From NCBI RefSeq assembly GCF_964355755.1, contig NC_092679.1:7904201-7968200 (forward strand): 64,000 nucleotides of DNA. The letters are read 5' to 3'. Numbering within the stretch: the first letter of the stretch is position 1; each line of letters begins with the position of its first letter. Positions 37,601 to 52,600 of this stretch are shown in pieces. Both the position numbers and the translations under genes were made by a program. The notes beneath the pieces are model-generated. The model saw only the letters and a list, made by a program, of their open reading frames with translations. It made no database searches and had not been told where the DNA came from. The stretch is from Antedon mediterranea. Its lineage: Eukaryota; Animalia; Echinodermata.

Positions 37601-40600
37601 TAATACGAGTGCAACTCCAGATTCTTCAAAACGATCAAAATGTTGAATTCTCAAAATAAATGTGTTCTGCCTATTTATTTAGAGTTACATATGTAACCTA
37701 AATCATCTTAGTTGATTCCTTTATATAAAATGTATAATAATTTTGCATAATTAGCTGAATACAATGGTAAAGCAATAAATGATATTAAATTCTACATTGT
37801 TAATGTTAAGTGGGCTTAAAATCTGGGGTTGAAATAATTCTGATATTAATATTCAAATTGTGTATTCTTGTTAATCAAAGCAAAAAGGTTTCATAATGCA
37901 AACAATATGTGTCATGGTCAATTAGTGAATAGGTAATAATGGTTTGCATATCTACAGTACTACTAGTATCTACCAATATAGGCTGTTGATGAACCTAACA
38001 TATGGCTGCTGAACCAGTACAACACTTATGTTTATTACAGTATTGCTTTTTGTGTAGTTGTAAAAAGACTGGTGTTTTGTGTTAAAATATGCTATAATAT
38101 TTAAAGATATATCCAAACAGTTATCTAACAATAAAGTGACAGTTATTGCTTGCATCACAGTTGGATGACACCATTGTTCTATTCTTGCCATTTAGTCTTC
38201 ATGCTTAATTGACGGCGCCCTAATTTGCTTAAAAATTCCAGTGTTTAAATGGATTTGTAGACAATGTTCCACCAGCCGCACGACTTTGAACTTAACAACA
38301 ATGCGTGCACCCTCCGACAGACGCCCTTTATTCCTGTACAATACATCATATTTTGTTGTTGCTTAGTTTTAATAATAGGATATGCACAAACTGTGAAAAG
38401 TACATATTTTTAGGTGATAATATAATGTCCCATTAACTGTCATTATTTGGCGCCTCACGCTGTCACTGACGTTTGTTTGGTGGTGATTCCTTTCTGATTT
38501 GTTTAAACTTTTAAGGTCTTTATGATTTTTGCAAATTCTGAATAACAGAAAAGAATAGGAAATAATAAATACTAATGGAAGCATCAGCTGTTATTACTAT
38601 TACACACGCAACTGTCTAGGATAAGCCTTTGCACTGCAAAACACATTGTTACTCATTTTGGATTTTATTGCTGCTACCAACGATCCATTATCATACTCAA
38701 AATTAGCTATATTAAACCAATCAGAGATAACTACTATACACAGATTTACTGAGGTAATCATATTTTTTGTTTACTAACAATTTAATTCCAATTGACATAT
38801 TTATGTAAATTGCTGCAATATTTATTTACTAATGAAAGTAATTGGTTACATTTTTCTGCAGCCTCTTTATACAGTTCTTTAGTACAGCAAACTGTATTAC
38901 AATATGGATGACATTATGTTTACTGTATCTAAATTTCTGTAAATTGCTGCAGTATTATTTACTAATGAAAGTAATTGGTTACATTTTTCTGCAGCCTCTT
39001 TATACAGTTCTTTAACAGTAAACTGTATTACAATATTTCTATAAATGTCAATGACATTATGTTTATCTAAATTTCTGTGATATTAATGAAAGTAACTTTT
39101 CTTTTTCAATTGTATTGTAGTCTTCCTCCTAATTTGATTAATTTATTAATACCAGTCTCTAATCTTTTAAATTGTTAATTTATATTTATTTTGAATTTTG
39201 TGATTTGATTTATGAATCCCAGATGAACAGTAATCTGTCATTTGATTAAAGTAGTATCAGGATGTCTAAAAAATAACTACATTAAAATTGAAAAGAAGCT
39301 ATTTCATGCTTGTTTTGTCTAAAACCTATCTACTACCTACTCGATTCCTTTTCAAAGTAAATTCCAATTAAATTTAAAAAGTAGTAATATTTGATGATTC
39401 AATACTGAACATTTGAAATGTATGAAAACAAGTGCGATTTTCCTGTTTTTAAAAACTGGGAAGAGTAGAGCATAATCAGACTGACTGACAGGATATTACC
39501 AATTTTACTGATTCATCAATGACCTGGGGATTTTGGATTACCTTCCCTCCCTTCAACACAAATCCATTGATGCTTTACAAGTTGCAGAATCTTGCAGATT
39601 GCAAATGGTAATTTTAATATCTGCCAGAGTGTTTTAATAATGCGTGTTGACTTTCATCTTTTTTGCTGCACTCATCAGACAATGGAGAAATAGTTTAAAT
39701 TGTGTTACTAAATTTAAGGAATTCTTTTGTTGTAAATAGATTGATGCCTTCATGGAGGTGGTGATACAAAGAAAACATCGTTTCCTTGATCAATTTAAAT
39801 TTATGTGGGAATTAAACATATCCAAAGGCCTTCTGTGTTAAACTCAACCTTCCTAATTAAACTATTACAAATTGCTACTGTATATGATGCTTGTGGACTG
39901 ATGATGATCTCAATTAAAAACAATCATTAATTTTTGTGACCTACTAGTTGTGGTATTTTGATCACATATTTCACTAATCCAAATACTCTGTACTATATTA
40001 ATTATTACTGTACATTGTACAATACAGAATGCATTGCCAGGACACTTTTAACTGATCTCTTTGATGAATTTGAATAACAACTCCCTGTAAAGAATATTTA
40101 AAAAAACAGATGAATTCTTGCCCAATTGTAGTATAGCAAGATCTATTCACAGGGTCCCAGCCAGTATTTATCATTTGAGAGATTATAATATGAATAATTT
40201 GTATTCATTTCAACATATACCATTGGATTAATATGTACACTTATTTAACCCTGTTGGCATCAAAACCAGGTTTAATGGAACCCACTTTGACAGTTTTAAC
40301 TAGTTGATGACAAGGTTGATAAATTGCATATTAATTTCTGTCCTTGGATGGTATTTATTTACTTTATAATTCCCTGAAGTGTTACATATATTGTGAATCT
40401 TAGTAATCATTGTTATAAACATGATTATTTACAGTATTCATGTTATGGATTTCCACAAAACTTGGTTCGCTCCAGGGCACAACAAAATGCACATGCAGCA
40501 GATCAGTCATACTAATGCCGCTTGTGATTGGTCAAATTGCTTGTGTTGATGGGAAACACAATTCAAAATTGACATGCTAACTGTATGTCACTTCTCAGGG

Positions 40601-43600
40601 GCTGCTTTTATACACACACTTTATACTGTTTAGTAAAATATTATTTAGCCAGTGAGCCGCCAATATTCTATTGCGTTCTGATCACTGGTCTATGTAATTG
40701 TAAATGAAGGCTGTTTTCGGGTAGATCAAAAAATGATTCTTTAAATACTGTAAAGGAATATAATGCTTTTATTAGGAAAGTACACTGCACTCTTTTAAAC
40801 TGACAACGTAAAGTTTTTGGTTAATAAAAAAGGAATTTGCTACAGTACCTACTGTTATTACTGTCCACACATTGTCTACTGTTGAATAAATGCAAAATAC
40901 AAAATGTGTTTAAGAATGATTTATCTTGAATCAAAATGTTTAAGCTGAGCTACTGTATAGCACAGTGCAATTAACATTAATAGGTAACAAGGTTGTGTAA
41001 TTTGAAATTCTGTTTATTTTTAAGATGTAATTCGTTTCAAAAATCCTTTAACATTAACAAGGACAAATTAATACAAATTAATCCAGCGATCTGACAACCA
41101 CTTTCTAGGTGAAGATTTTTACTCTAGAAGCCTGTTACTTGCCAATCAATATTTCCGAAAGACATCAACGAACAAAGTCATTCTTAATTTGGATTTCCTT
41201 AAACATCACTAAAGGACAAAGGATACTACAAATTACAATTATATCCACCTAAGAAAATGTTGATAAAGTAAAGTAGGTAAGGGTGAATAAATCAGAAAAA
41301 ACAAAATATGAAACTTAAATTGAATATTAAAATTAAAGCTTTTATGTAATATGTAATAGTGTTCAATGATTATGCTATACAGGTTCTTGCTGTTATTTGT
41401 TGTATTGAATTCTAGCAATTTAAATTAGTTCAAAATCTCAGTTCTGGTCAGTTTTATTAGAATTTTCAAATTCTTGATGCAGTCTTCATGTAATGTATAG
41501 CATTTCATTATACATTACAGTGGAATTAGTAGTCTGTTTTTAATGAAATGACTTGGTTTGTGATGCTATGTAATGTTGTAAAGGTATGCATGACTTTGAC
41601 ATTTGCAGTAATTTATAATTGTGTCACATTCCAACATGTACATTAATAGTGAATTTTTAGCTTTTAGACAAAAATTTTCTATGGAAAATGTTGATTTAGT
41701 CTGTATAATTTTTTTACCAAATGGAAAAAGAGAATTTTGTACCATAATGGATATTTTAAACATCACTATTACTGTAGACATTGACTCTGTCTTACAGTGG
41801 TTCACAGGGATTTTTATATTGAGAATTTACCTGTAGTACGATTAAATTGTTCAGGTTGTTTTTTTTACCTTTGAAATTTCACGGCCATCTTCTACAGCAG
41901 TAGCATGTTTTTTTGTATTTCGCTGAATACTTAATTCATATAGATGTATTGAATTTAAATATATATTCAGCCAAGCTTAGATATTTAAAAATATAGAAAT
42001 GAGGATAGTACAGAGGATGACGTGCTAGTGGTTAGGTGTCGATGAACTCTGGAAGCTTTATGTGTTCTAACATTCCACCCTAGCTGTTTGTACTTGTTAA
42101 TTTGTGGTTGGAAGTGGTTTACTTCACTTGTGAAACACATCATATCACTTGATTCTGGAATCTTTCAACCACAGAATAAATTGAACACAGTGACTTCAGT
42201 AAACCATTAAAATCTGTTTGTATGTAAAACTCTGACCAGTAATTGACCACTCCTTTGGATATGTGCACTCTTACCAATGCTGTCCACTCCTTAATAAAAA
42301 ATAGCTATCTGTACCTATCTGCACCCTTTTATTATCAATTCAAGCCTACCTTGTAGATTAATATTATCTAGAACTGCAGTACTTGGAATTGATAATATCC
42401 CTTTGTTTCTATAACTTTTCCATACGTTATGAAATCAGTACAAATCCAGGAAGATAGCTATCAATGCATTTCTTCCTTTATTTTGATCTTTATCCGTTTC
42501 AATCCAACCATTGCACGCAATCATTTAAATTTTATTGTCAACCAATTTCCCTAATTTCCTGTTAAGTTTCAACATTCAATTTGAAAGCCAGTTTTATCCT
42601 GTTTGTATCTTATACAGTATGCTCTGTTAAAAAATTAACAATACAATCACTTGTTATGAAATTTTATGTAACATTATTTTGTACTGTATAGTTTCAAAAC
42701 TGTTATCACTTAAAATTCATCATGCATTACTGAATGTCTGTAGATTAGGCAATTTTAAAGACAAGATCGAACTGTCATATATCTCGGGTCTATACCGAGA
42801 GTTGTTGTTGATTTTATCGAGTTATCATATCCCGAGGGCAGCAAAAATGTAATAGCTCAATTGATTAACAAGCGTGACTGTCCACACAATCTATCTTTTA
42901 AAGCTTATGTTTGACAAAGTTACGAGTTCTGTACATGAACATAATGTGTACATACTGTACACTATTCATTATTCAATCCTCTGCATATATCAGATGAACC
43001 GTTACCACCTCAGAATCGTGAGCATGTTATTATAATTTCCATTTTGTACAATTTGTTTGATGAATTGTATGTGCTTTAAGATATTAATGCCAAAATACAT
43101 TTTTTTACTGTGGTTATTCTTCAATGGTTGCACAATACTGTATATTGAATAGCTTATCTTTCCAGTACACTGGTGGTGGTTAACCACGGATTATGCTTCA
43201 CAATTTATTAGCTTGTTTTTATGAATATTGTATTAAATTAATAATAATATTGTTTACATTGCTTTATTTGGTCTTTATGAATTCATAACCCAAAGTATAA
43301 TGCCATATACAGGTACTGTATATGGCATTAAAATTGCAAATTAAATATCATTAAAATGTTTGGTGCTATCTTTATGAGTCTTTATAGTATACCAGGGAGT
43401 TGAACAAGTATTATTTGACATTGACAACTCCCCGTATAATTAGGTTATATGCATTGTCATGCATATAATATAACCTCTTGATTCTGTCAAAATCTTTATT
43501 TTTTATTTATTTATTCTTTCCTTAGCACTATTTTGTTCGTGAATTATCTTGATATCAGTTTCATCTATCTAAGTCAATTTTTCAGAGTATATTCCTTATG

Positions 43601-46600
43601 GCCAGGAATCGATGTGGTTATGTTTTCAGGGTGCGCAATCAAACATTACGCGGTCTACGCGCGATTTAACGAAATCACGTTTGTAATCATATCTTCACAA
43701 GCATGAATCACTTTTAAACAAAATTTGGTACTCATAAATTTCAGGTCATATTTCATCATATGGCAATACAATTACGTGCGTAGCGCATATAACGCATGCG
43801 TACGCGCGCTTAAAATGTTGAAAATTGTCAGAATTTATTTTCGATGAAATTAGAGTACGTTTCAGGCAATTTTAAGCGTTTAAAAAATTGCCATGAGTGC
43901 GCAGATTTTTGCACGCGCAGTGCGCGTCAAACGTTATTGCGCACTGTTTTTGTCCGATTACTGTTGTATAACCTTTCTTTAATAATATCATCATATTTTA
44001 TTCTCTTTTCAACGCGAAACAGCGTTATACGAGCACGTCAAAAGTGACAGGCTACGCACGTGTAAGTTAACAAAATGGTGAAAATATGCTAAATTTTAAA
44101 ATTAATATATATCGTTAGAACCCTCGTTAGAACACCTATTTTTTATTTAATTTTCTTGAAGTGTATGTATCATATGTATGATTTATTATGAAATTAGAAG
44201 AACAAAAGTTGATTAAGTTATCATTAATGGCATATTAAATTTAACAAAATTAATTTCGACAATCAAACAAATTATAACATTTTCTTAGGCCAAAATAACA
44301 AACTTAACATTAACTTTCTTCCTTAAGAAGTTCATATATTAAAGTTAAAAAAGTATATAGTTTGACAGTGCATCATTTTTTTTAATTTTTAAAGATGTCA
44401 TCATAGTAAAACATTATAATTCATTGCGGTATGTAATAATCTATCTGCACCAAAGTGGTTACTGCATAGTAAATACACGGAGGAATCTTTCCATAACTTT
44501 TAGTCAGTTGTGTATGGCTCGGTGGTCTTTGCTCGTGTCTATAGCATTCAAGTACCGAGTTCGAGTCTCACCTTGGGAAACCAAACAAAATAAGATTTTT
44601 TTTATTATCCGTATTGATTGTTCAATTGTATTTCTTAGTGTATAGATTATACACATGATTTATAATGAAATCTAAATAAAAACACAAATGTGGTTTATGA
44701 CATTATATACGCAGAAAGATCTTTGATCGGATTATGATACCGGCTATTGTATTTGCGTTAGTAAGATCCTATCATATATTATAAATAACTAACGATTCTG
44801 AGAAAATCAATCAATCAATATATCTTAAATCAATCAATTATCTTTATTTAAATCAATTCATATAACCTATAATTCGTCATAGTGACGAATTAAATCTAGT
44901 TTGTACTTATTTTGGGTTTTTTTTATGGTTTGTAGTCAGATTGATTATTTTGTTATACAAAACATAAAACTCATAAATTAAATAATTAATTAAGTATTTA
45001 TTTTATTTATTGAAGTAATTTTAACAAAGATTCTGTCTATAAATAAAAATGTAAATAATTCTATAAGCAATGTCCTTGTATTTACACAATTAAGGAAGCT
45101 ATCTTTCGAACATCATCCGCTTTGGTACTTGCAGTACTAATGATCTGGCTATTTTACTATTCAATTACTTAATGTTACTTGAATGTTTTCATTGCCACCC
45201 TAGGCTACAAAATATTGCTAAAAAATTGACTGATTTGTCATGAGTTTCCCTTTAAATAACAAAATAAGACGTAAAAGATGTACAAATTATTAAATTTTCT
45301 ATTATCTCATTATTGACTTATATAATTTTAGACGATGTTTCCATTAAAAAATTTTTTTAATTATAATTTCATTTTAGGTCAAGTTGATAAAACTGGGTAT
45401 TGCTAAACTGCGCAAACACTGCGCAAAAAAAAAAAAAAGTAGACTTGCCCCAAGTCTGTATTGTTTTTTATTTCTATTTATTCGTTTTTATTTCGACCGC
45501 GATTTTTGTCTGAAAATACAGACTTGTGAAACACGTATAGAAATCGATTTGCAGACCGCAAACATCCAATAAGAATGACGTAGGTTATCATACCGTATTT
45601 GGCTATATGGGGCGGGCGGTATGTAAATATGGATTTCGAATCAACCAATGATCATTTTGTTTCAAAATGAAAAAGATCGAGTACGTACAGTGCTGAATGT
45701 ACGATCGAGACTGTTGAAATATGAAATCGTGTTGCCAAGTTGTTTTGTTTATTAATTGTTTAGTCCTTAGCCTAGGCCTCCTTCGTAGGTCCTACTCAAC
45801 TCGCACGTATGACCTGCCAAATAAAACACCAATAAGGTAGGTCTACACACCACCACCGGCACACAACAGGATTCACACACAACAGACAGGGCTACACCAG
45901 TCCAGGGAGTTGTACACCACTACACAGAACAGGACAGGGTCTGGGTGGGAATTAAATCAAATTATCTCCGCGTAATATTAAATGATCCATTCAATGTTTG
46001 ATTTGCGGAGAAGCAAGACGAGTTTTCTTGGGAAAAATCCCATCAAATGTTATAAAATCATTTCTAGCCTTCAGAAACTTTCATTAATGTACCCAAGTAC
46101 ACATTGTCTAAACGCAACATAGCGCATGCGTACCTTCTTAGTTGTTGAGTCTTTGAAATTCTGAAACATGAATATTAAAACAGTGTACGAGTGAGTAGCC
46201 AATCGCATGCAGCTGAAACTAGTCAACCGGATAATCTATGCACCAAGAATTCTTAGTGTCAAACCACGTGACTTTTGCGTGTTTCCCCAGACGGAGTATC
46301 CAAACTCAAGTAATACACGTATGAAACGCCATATGTGCAAAAATATTTATATTTTTACTAATATTAAGAAAAAACTCCGTCTGGAGCCCAGACTACAAAA
46401 AAAGCTGCGCAAACCTCCTTCAAAACAATTATTATTGATTAGAACACAACTAGAACTATATAGGGAGACAATTTATGAGGGAAAAAAAATTTGAAATTCC
46501 TTTAAGTTTGCCTTTTTTGGGTTAAAAACTTCAATTTTTGGGAAAATTACTGATTTCACAGCGCAAACAACAACAAAAAGCTGCGCAAACCTCCTTCAAA

Positions 46601-49600
46601 ACAATTATTATTGATTAGAACACAACTAGAACTATATAGGGAGACAATTTATGAGAAAAAAAATGTGAAATTCCTTTAAGTTTGCCTTTTTTTTTGGTGA
46701 AAAACTTCAATTTTTGGGAAAATTACTGATTTCACAGCGCAAACAACAAAAAAAGCTGCGCAAACCTCCTTTAAATCAATTAATATTGATTAAAACACAA
46801 CTAGACCTATATAGGGAGACAATTTATGGGAAAACAAATTTGAAATTCCTTTAAGTTTGCCTTTTTTTGGGTGAAAAACTTCAATTTTTGGGAAAATTAC
46901 TGATTTCACAGCGCAAACAACAAAAAAAGCTGCACAAACCTCCTTCAAAACAATTATTATTGATTAGAACACAACTAGAACTATATAGGGAGACAATTTA
47001 TGAGAAAAAAAATTTGAAATTCTTTTAAAGGAAAGGAACAACCTAATATTTTACCTAACTATTATAAAAGTAACCCTACCAACTTAATATTCAGAACAAT
47101 TTATGTTTAAATCGGATTTGTAGTTTTCTAGTAAACAGGATTTTAAAGCTGTTTTCAAGACATTTGAAAATCGCCATCTTGTGCTCATGGCAGCCTGTTT
47201 GTGACGTCAGATACGGCCGACGAAAATTTTAAGATTCGCGGTTGCATTCGGCGCTTCTATTGGATAAGCGAATCCGCTAATATGATTGGCTAATAACGCG
47301 ACATGCGGTCATGCAGGACGGCGATGACGCGGTATGAGCATGCGCTGGCTTGGTAAACAAACCTTCGCTCGATCTTTTCTTCTGCAAGCCAATTTGTAAA
47401 TCTTTCAGCTATTATTAATCTATTGTTACTTTTATTGCCTAGCTGTTTCAAACGGGATTTGGTAGGGGAATTAACTGGTAAACCTTCCAAACGAAGGCTG
47501 TTGGTTGACGATGCAGTGTCTACTTTATTTTCGTTCAACACGAGTTCTAGGCCTAGTAAGGCATACAGTACAGATACACTGGCCGCAAGTACACCATTCT
47601 TCGACGGCTTGTTATGCTCGAGAATGTTCTTCTTCTCTTCTTTTTTCCTCATCTGCACAACGCAAAACTAACTCTCTTTCTGTATATTCTGGTTCCAAAT
47701 TTTCTGAATTATAAAAACTCCAAGCCATATTCCGAATTATTAGGTATGTTAGGCTATTTAATTGATTTTATTTATGGTTATATCCCGCACTTCCATATTG
47801 AAATACTGTACTAAGACGATGGACGCTTGGATTTGCTTGAATGCGTCCACCTAATCTGACGTCACATATTTGCTCTTAACCTGTCAAAATGGCGCTGTTC
47901 AATTTCCGATATGTTGTCGTTTAAAAGTCTATTTTTTAACTAAATTGCTTACTATTGTACCTTGAACCATTGTAATCATGTTTTTATTACATTTATCTAT
48001 AAGCACAGTGGCACATTTAGCCCAGGGTGTTCCTTTCCTTTAAGTTAGCCTTTTTTGGGTTAAAAACTTCAATTTTTGGGAAAATTACTCATTTCACAGC
48101 GCAAACAACAAAAAAAGCTGCGCAAACCTCTTTTAAATCAATTAATATTGATTAAAACACAACTAGACCTATATAGGGAGACAATTTATGGGAAAACAAA
48201 TTTGAAATTCCTTTAAGTTTGCCTTTTTTTGGGTGAAAAACTTCAATTTTTGGGGAAAATTACTGATTTCACAGCGCAAACAACAAAAAAAGCTGCGCAA
48301 ACCTCCTTTAAATCAATTAATATTGATTAAAACACAACTAGACCTATATAGGGAGACAATTTATGGGGAAGACAAATTTGAAATATCTTTAAGTTTGCCT
48401 TTTTTTGGGTGAAAAACTTCAATTTTTGGGAAAATTACTGATTTCACAGCGCAAACAAAAAAAAAAGCTGCGCAAACCTCCTTCAAAACAATTATTATTG
48501 ATTAGAACACAACTAGAACTATATAGGGAGACAATTTATGAGAAATTTTTGTAATTTTCCCAAAAATTGTTTTACAAAGGCAAACTTTCAGGAATTTCAA
48601 TATTGTTTTTTCATAAATTGTCTTCCTATATAGTTCTAGTTGTGTTTTTTGCGCAGCTTTTTTTGGTGTTTGCGCAGTGTGCGCAAACCTTGATTGACAT
48701 CTGTGAAATCTGTAATTTAAATTTTTTAATTTAAAAAAAAAGGCAAACTTACAGCAATTTCAAATTGTTTTTCTAAATTGCCTCCTTATATTGTTCTAGT
48801 TGTTATCTAATCAATATTAATTGATTTGAAGGAGGTTTGCGCAGCTTTTTTGGGTGTTTGCGCTGTGAAATCAGTAATTTTCCCAAAAATTGAAGTTTTC
48901 ACCCAAAAAAAGGCAAGCTTAAAGGAATTTCAAATTTGTTTTCCCATAAATTGTCTCCCTATATAGTTCTAGTTGTTATCTAATCAATATTAATTGATTT
49001 GAAGGAGGTTTGCGCAGCTTTTTTTGGGGTTGCGCAAACCTTTACAGTAAATCTGTGAAATCTGTAATTTTCTGTTTTTCACCCAAAAAAAGGCAAACTT
49101 ACAGCAATTTCAATTTGTCTTCCCCATAAATTGTCTCCCTATATAGGTCCAGTTGTGTTTTAATCAATATTAATTGATTTAAAGGAGGTTTGCGCAGCTT
49201 TTTTTGTTGTTTGCGCTGTGAAATCAGTAATTTTCCCAAAAATTGGAGTTTTTCACCCAAAAAAGGCAAACTTAAAGGAATTTCAAATTTGTTTTTTCAA
49301 AAATTGTCTCCCTATATAGTTCTAGTTGTGTTCTAATAAATATTAATTGGTTTGAAGGAGGTTTGCGGAGTATTGCTAAACACCGCAAACCTCCAAAAAA
49401 ACATAGCAAACCCCACCGAACCAACATAAAAGTGATTGAATAATGTAGTGTACGACCCACTGGGTATATAAATTATTAAACTTCTACTGTTAACTACTTT
49501 TTTGGGGATAAAACATCATTTTTTGGTTAAAAATTAGCAATCATTTTTGACCAAAAAATGATGTTTCACCCCAAAAATAAGTAGTTAACAGTAGAAATTT

Positions 49601-52600
49601 AATATTTTTTTTACATGGATATACCCAGTGGGTTGTACACTACATGATTCAATCAGTTTTATGTTGGTTCGATGGGGTTTGCTATATTTTTTTTGGAGGT
49701 TTGCAGGGTTTAGCAATCATTTTTGACAAAAAAATGATGTTTTACCCCAAAAATAATTAGTTAACAGTAAAAATGTATTATTTTTTTTTACATGGATATA
49801 CCCAGTGGGTTGTACACTACATGATTCAATCACTTTTATGTTGGTTCGATGGGGTTTGCTATGTTTTTTTGGAGGTTTGCGGGGGTTTGCGGTGTTTAGC
49901 AATACCCGGTTTGCGCAGCTTTTTGTTGTTGAAGTTAAAATTGAAGTTTTTCACCCAAAAAAAAGAAAACTTAAAAGAATTTCAAATTTGTTTTCCCATA
50001 AATTGTCTCCCTATATATAGGTATCCCAATGAAAGCGCACAGAGGGGTATCACTTTTGAAATATTGACGAAATTCGAAAAAGTAGTATGACTTTGATGTT
50101 AAATAAATCGTATTCAATCTTAATTAATACTTACAAAATTTATATTGTTTGAAAGTACTTGTTTTAATCTATGTATAAGTGTGTTTATAATTAAAATTAA
50201 TGAATTAGTTGCCGAGAAAATGCGATTTTAAAACGGTTCTAAAATCCAGTCGAGCCGATTTCCGCGCGTTGAAAACCTCATCGGAAAATCCCCATCAGTT
50301 TTCAAAACACGATCGCACGATTACCATTGGAGCTAGCGGATTAATTTCTGTTGTATGTTATCAGGCTTTAAATAAACTTTAATTTGATACGAAAATCCAC
50401 TTCTATAAATAGGTTTTTCGTAACGAAAAATCAATTTTTGTGACAAAAATCCAATTTTGATTCACCGTTTATGGAAAAATATTATGGATTTTGGTATTAA
50501 ATTATAGCTAAATCTACATTGAAATCGATAAAACATAGTTTACAAACGTATTGTGCATGGTAATTGTGCGAACTACATTTTAAAATGGTGCATGAGGCGT
50601 AAATCCCGTTCAAAATTTTAAAGATCCAACCATTATAATCCGGTGAATATTGTAGTGAGTAAAATATTGTACTCTAAAATACGCGCGTGTTTGTTGTGGC
50701 GTTTTCCGTTAAATACATTAATGCACCCTATCAGCGAATGGTACGTTCCATATTTTGAACACGTTGTTTAGTTTTCCTCGCTCGAGTTCGACCGGCTCGA
50801 TGCGAGATGTGTGACAGCAGCGATGTCGGAGATTGACATGTCCTTTTCCGTCGTAGAATATCTGGTTTTACACATTAATTTAACAACTTAAAATTGATGT
50901 AATGTGCGGAAGATTTATTATGCAAGTATACAATGCAAATGCGTTAGGTTAAAATGTACCGAAGACATTTATTAAGCTAATTTACCAACGTTACATTTGA
51001 CTCTGTATACGGCGGTCGAAAGTCATTAACTGCGACCGAAATACTTTAACGGTCGCGACTACTGATCGCGAGTAAGCCGTGACTTGGCCTAAACTTTAGC
51101 TCCGTATTTCAATTTAATAACGTAATAATACGAAAAGAAAACAATTTTTATAATGTTATATATACTATTCAGGTAAACAATTAATTGTTTTAATTAACAT
51201 TGATTATTTTAAATGAGTTTATTTTGACCCATATTGTGCGTTTGCCTTAAAAGAGCATATCTTACTTAGCAGCCCGGCTTAGATTTGGTGTCATAATCAT
51301 ACGGGCCTAAAATCTTGTTTTACGTATTCAAAAGTTATATATAATAGTATTTATGATTGAAATTATAAATATAAAGTATATTAAAATATTCTAATAATTA
51401 TACTTACTGAAAATTAGTGTAAAAGAAAGAAAACAGTACACACCGTTTTTAACATACTTTTTCATTTTTTTTTTTTATAATTTTAAATTTCACCATTAAA
51501 AATTTTTTTTTTATATATTACACATCTAAAATATATTTATTAATGAAATATACACTACATTCTAACAAGTACAAAAAAAATTAAATGAATTAGTACAGTA
51601 GTTCAAAAGTTACAGATCATTGAAAAATTGCAGTTTTTTCATTTTTTAGGGAATTCCAGCAAAAATGGGTGCTAAATGCTTTCCTACCACTTTGCGGACC
51701 AATAATTTAAAAAATAGGTTTCGTTGAGGCTCCAAAAAAAATAGAGTTGTACAACTCTGTGATATCTATAGGTTTAACAAAATTCAAAACTTTTAACTAA
51801 TTATTGTAAAAGTTATAACCTTTTAAAAATGCTTCCAATTTCAACTGCAAAAAACACCATTTTTAGGCAAAAAATCGTATATTTTTTTACCACTTTAAAT
51901 AACCATAACTTTAGAACGGGTAATCGGATTTCAATCATTTAAATTGCAAAATGCTAATTACATTAAGTTCTTTATGGTTAACTGAAAGAAAAAGTAAAAA
52001 AATTAATTTGAATTTTTTCATTGGGATACCTACTATATAGGTCTAGTTGTTATCTAATCAATATTAATTGATTTAAAGGAGGTTTCCGCAGCTTTTTTGG
52101 GGGGTTTGCGCTGTGAAATCAGTAATTTTCCCAAAAATTGAAGTCTTTCACCCAAAAAAAGGCAAACTTAAAGGAATTTCAAATTTGTTTTTCCATAAAT
52201 TGTCTCCCTATATAGGTCTAGTTGTGCTTTAATCAATATTAATTGATTTAAAGGAGGTTTGCGCAGCTTTTTTTGTTGTTTACGCTGTGAAATCAGTAAT
52301 TTTCCCAAAAATTGAAGTTTTTAACCCAAAAAAGGCAAACTTAAAGGAATTTCAATTTTTTTTTTCTCATAAATTGTCTCTCTATATAGTTCTAGTTGTG
52401 TTCTAATCAATAATAATTGATTTAAAGGAGGTTTGCGCAGCTTTTTTGGGTGTTTGCGCTGTGAAATCAGTAATTTTCCCAAAAATTGAAGTTTTCACCC
52501 AAAAAAAGGCAAGCTTAAAGAAATTTCAAATTTGTTTTCCCATAAATTGTCTCCCTATATAGTTCTAGTTGTTATCTAATCAATATTAATTGATTTGAAG

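Noticed and set aside
42770-42845. ctcggg...cccgagggc fragment resembling a repeat end
   Set aside because: Too short and degenerate to classify.
26287-43187. Numerous 60-95 aa ORFs in the large introns
   Set aside because: I/L/F/Y/K/N-rich composition typical of random AT-rich DNA, no splice-consistent chain, no motifs.
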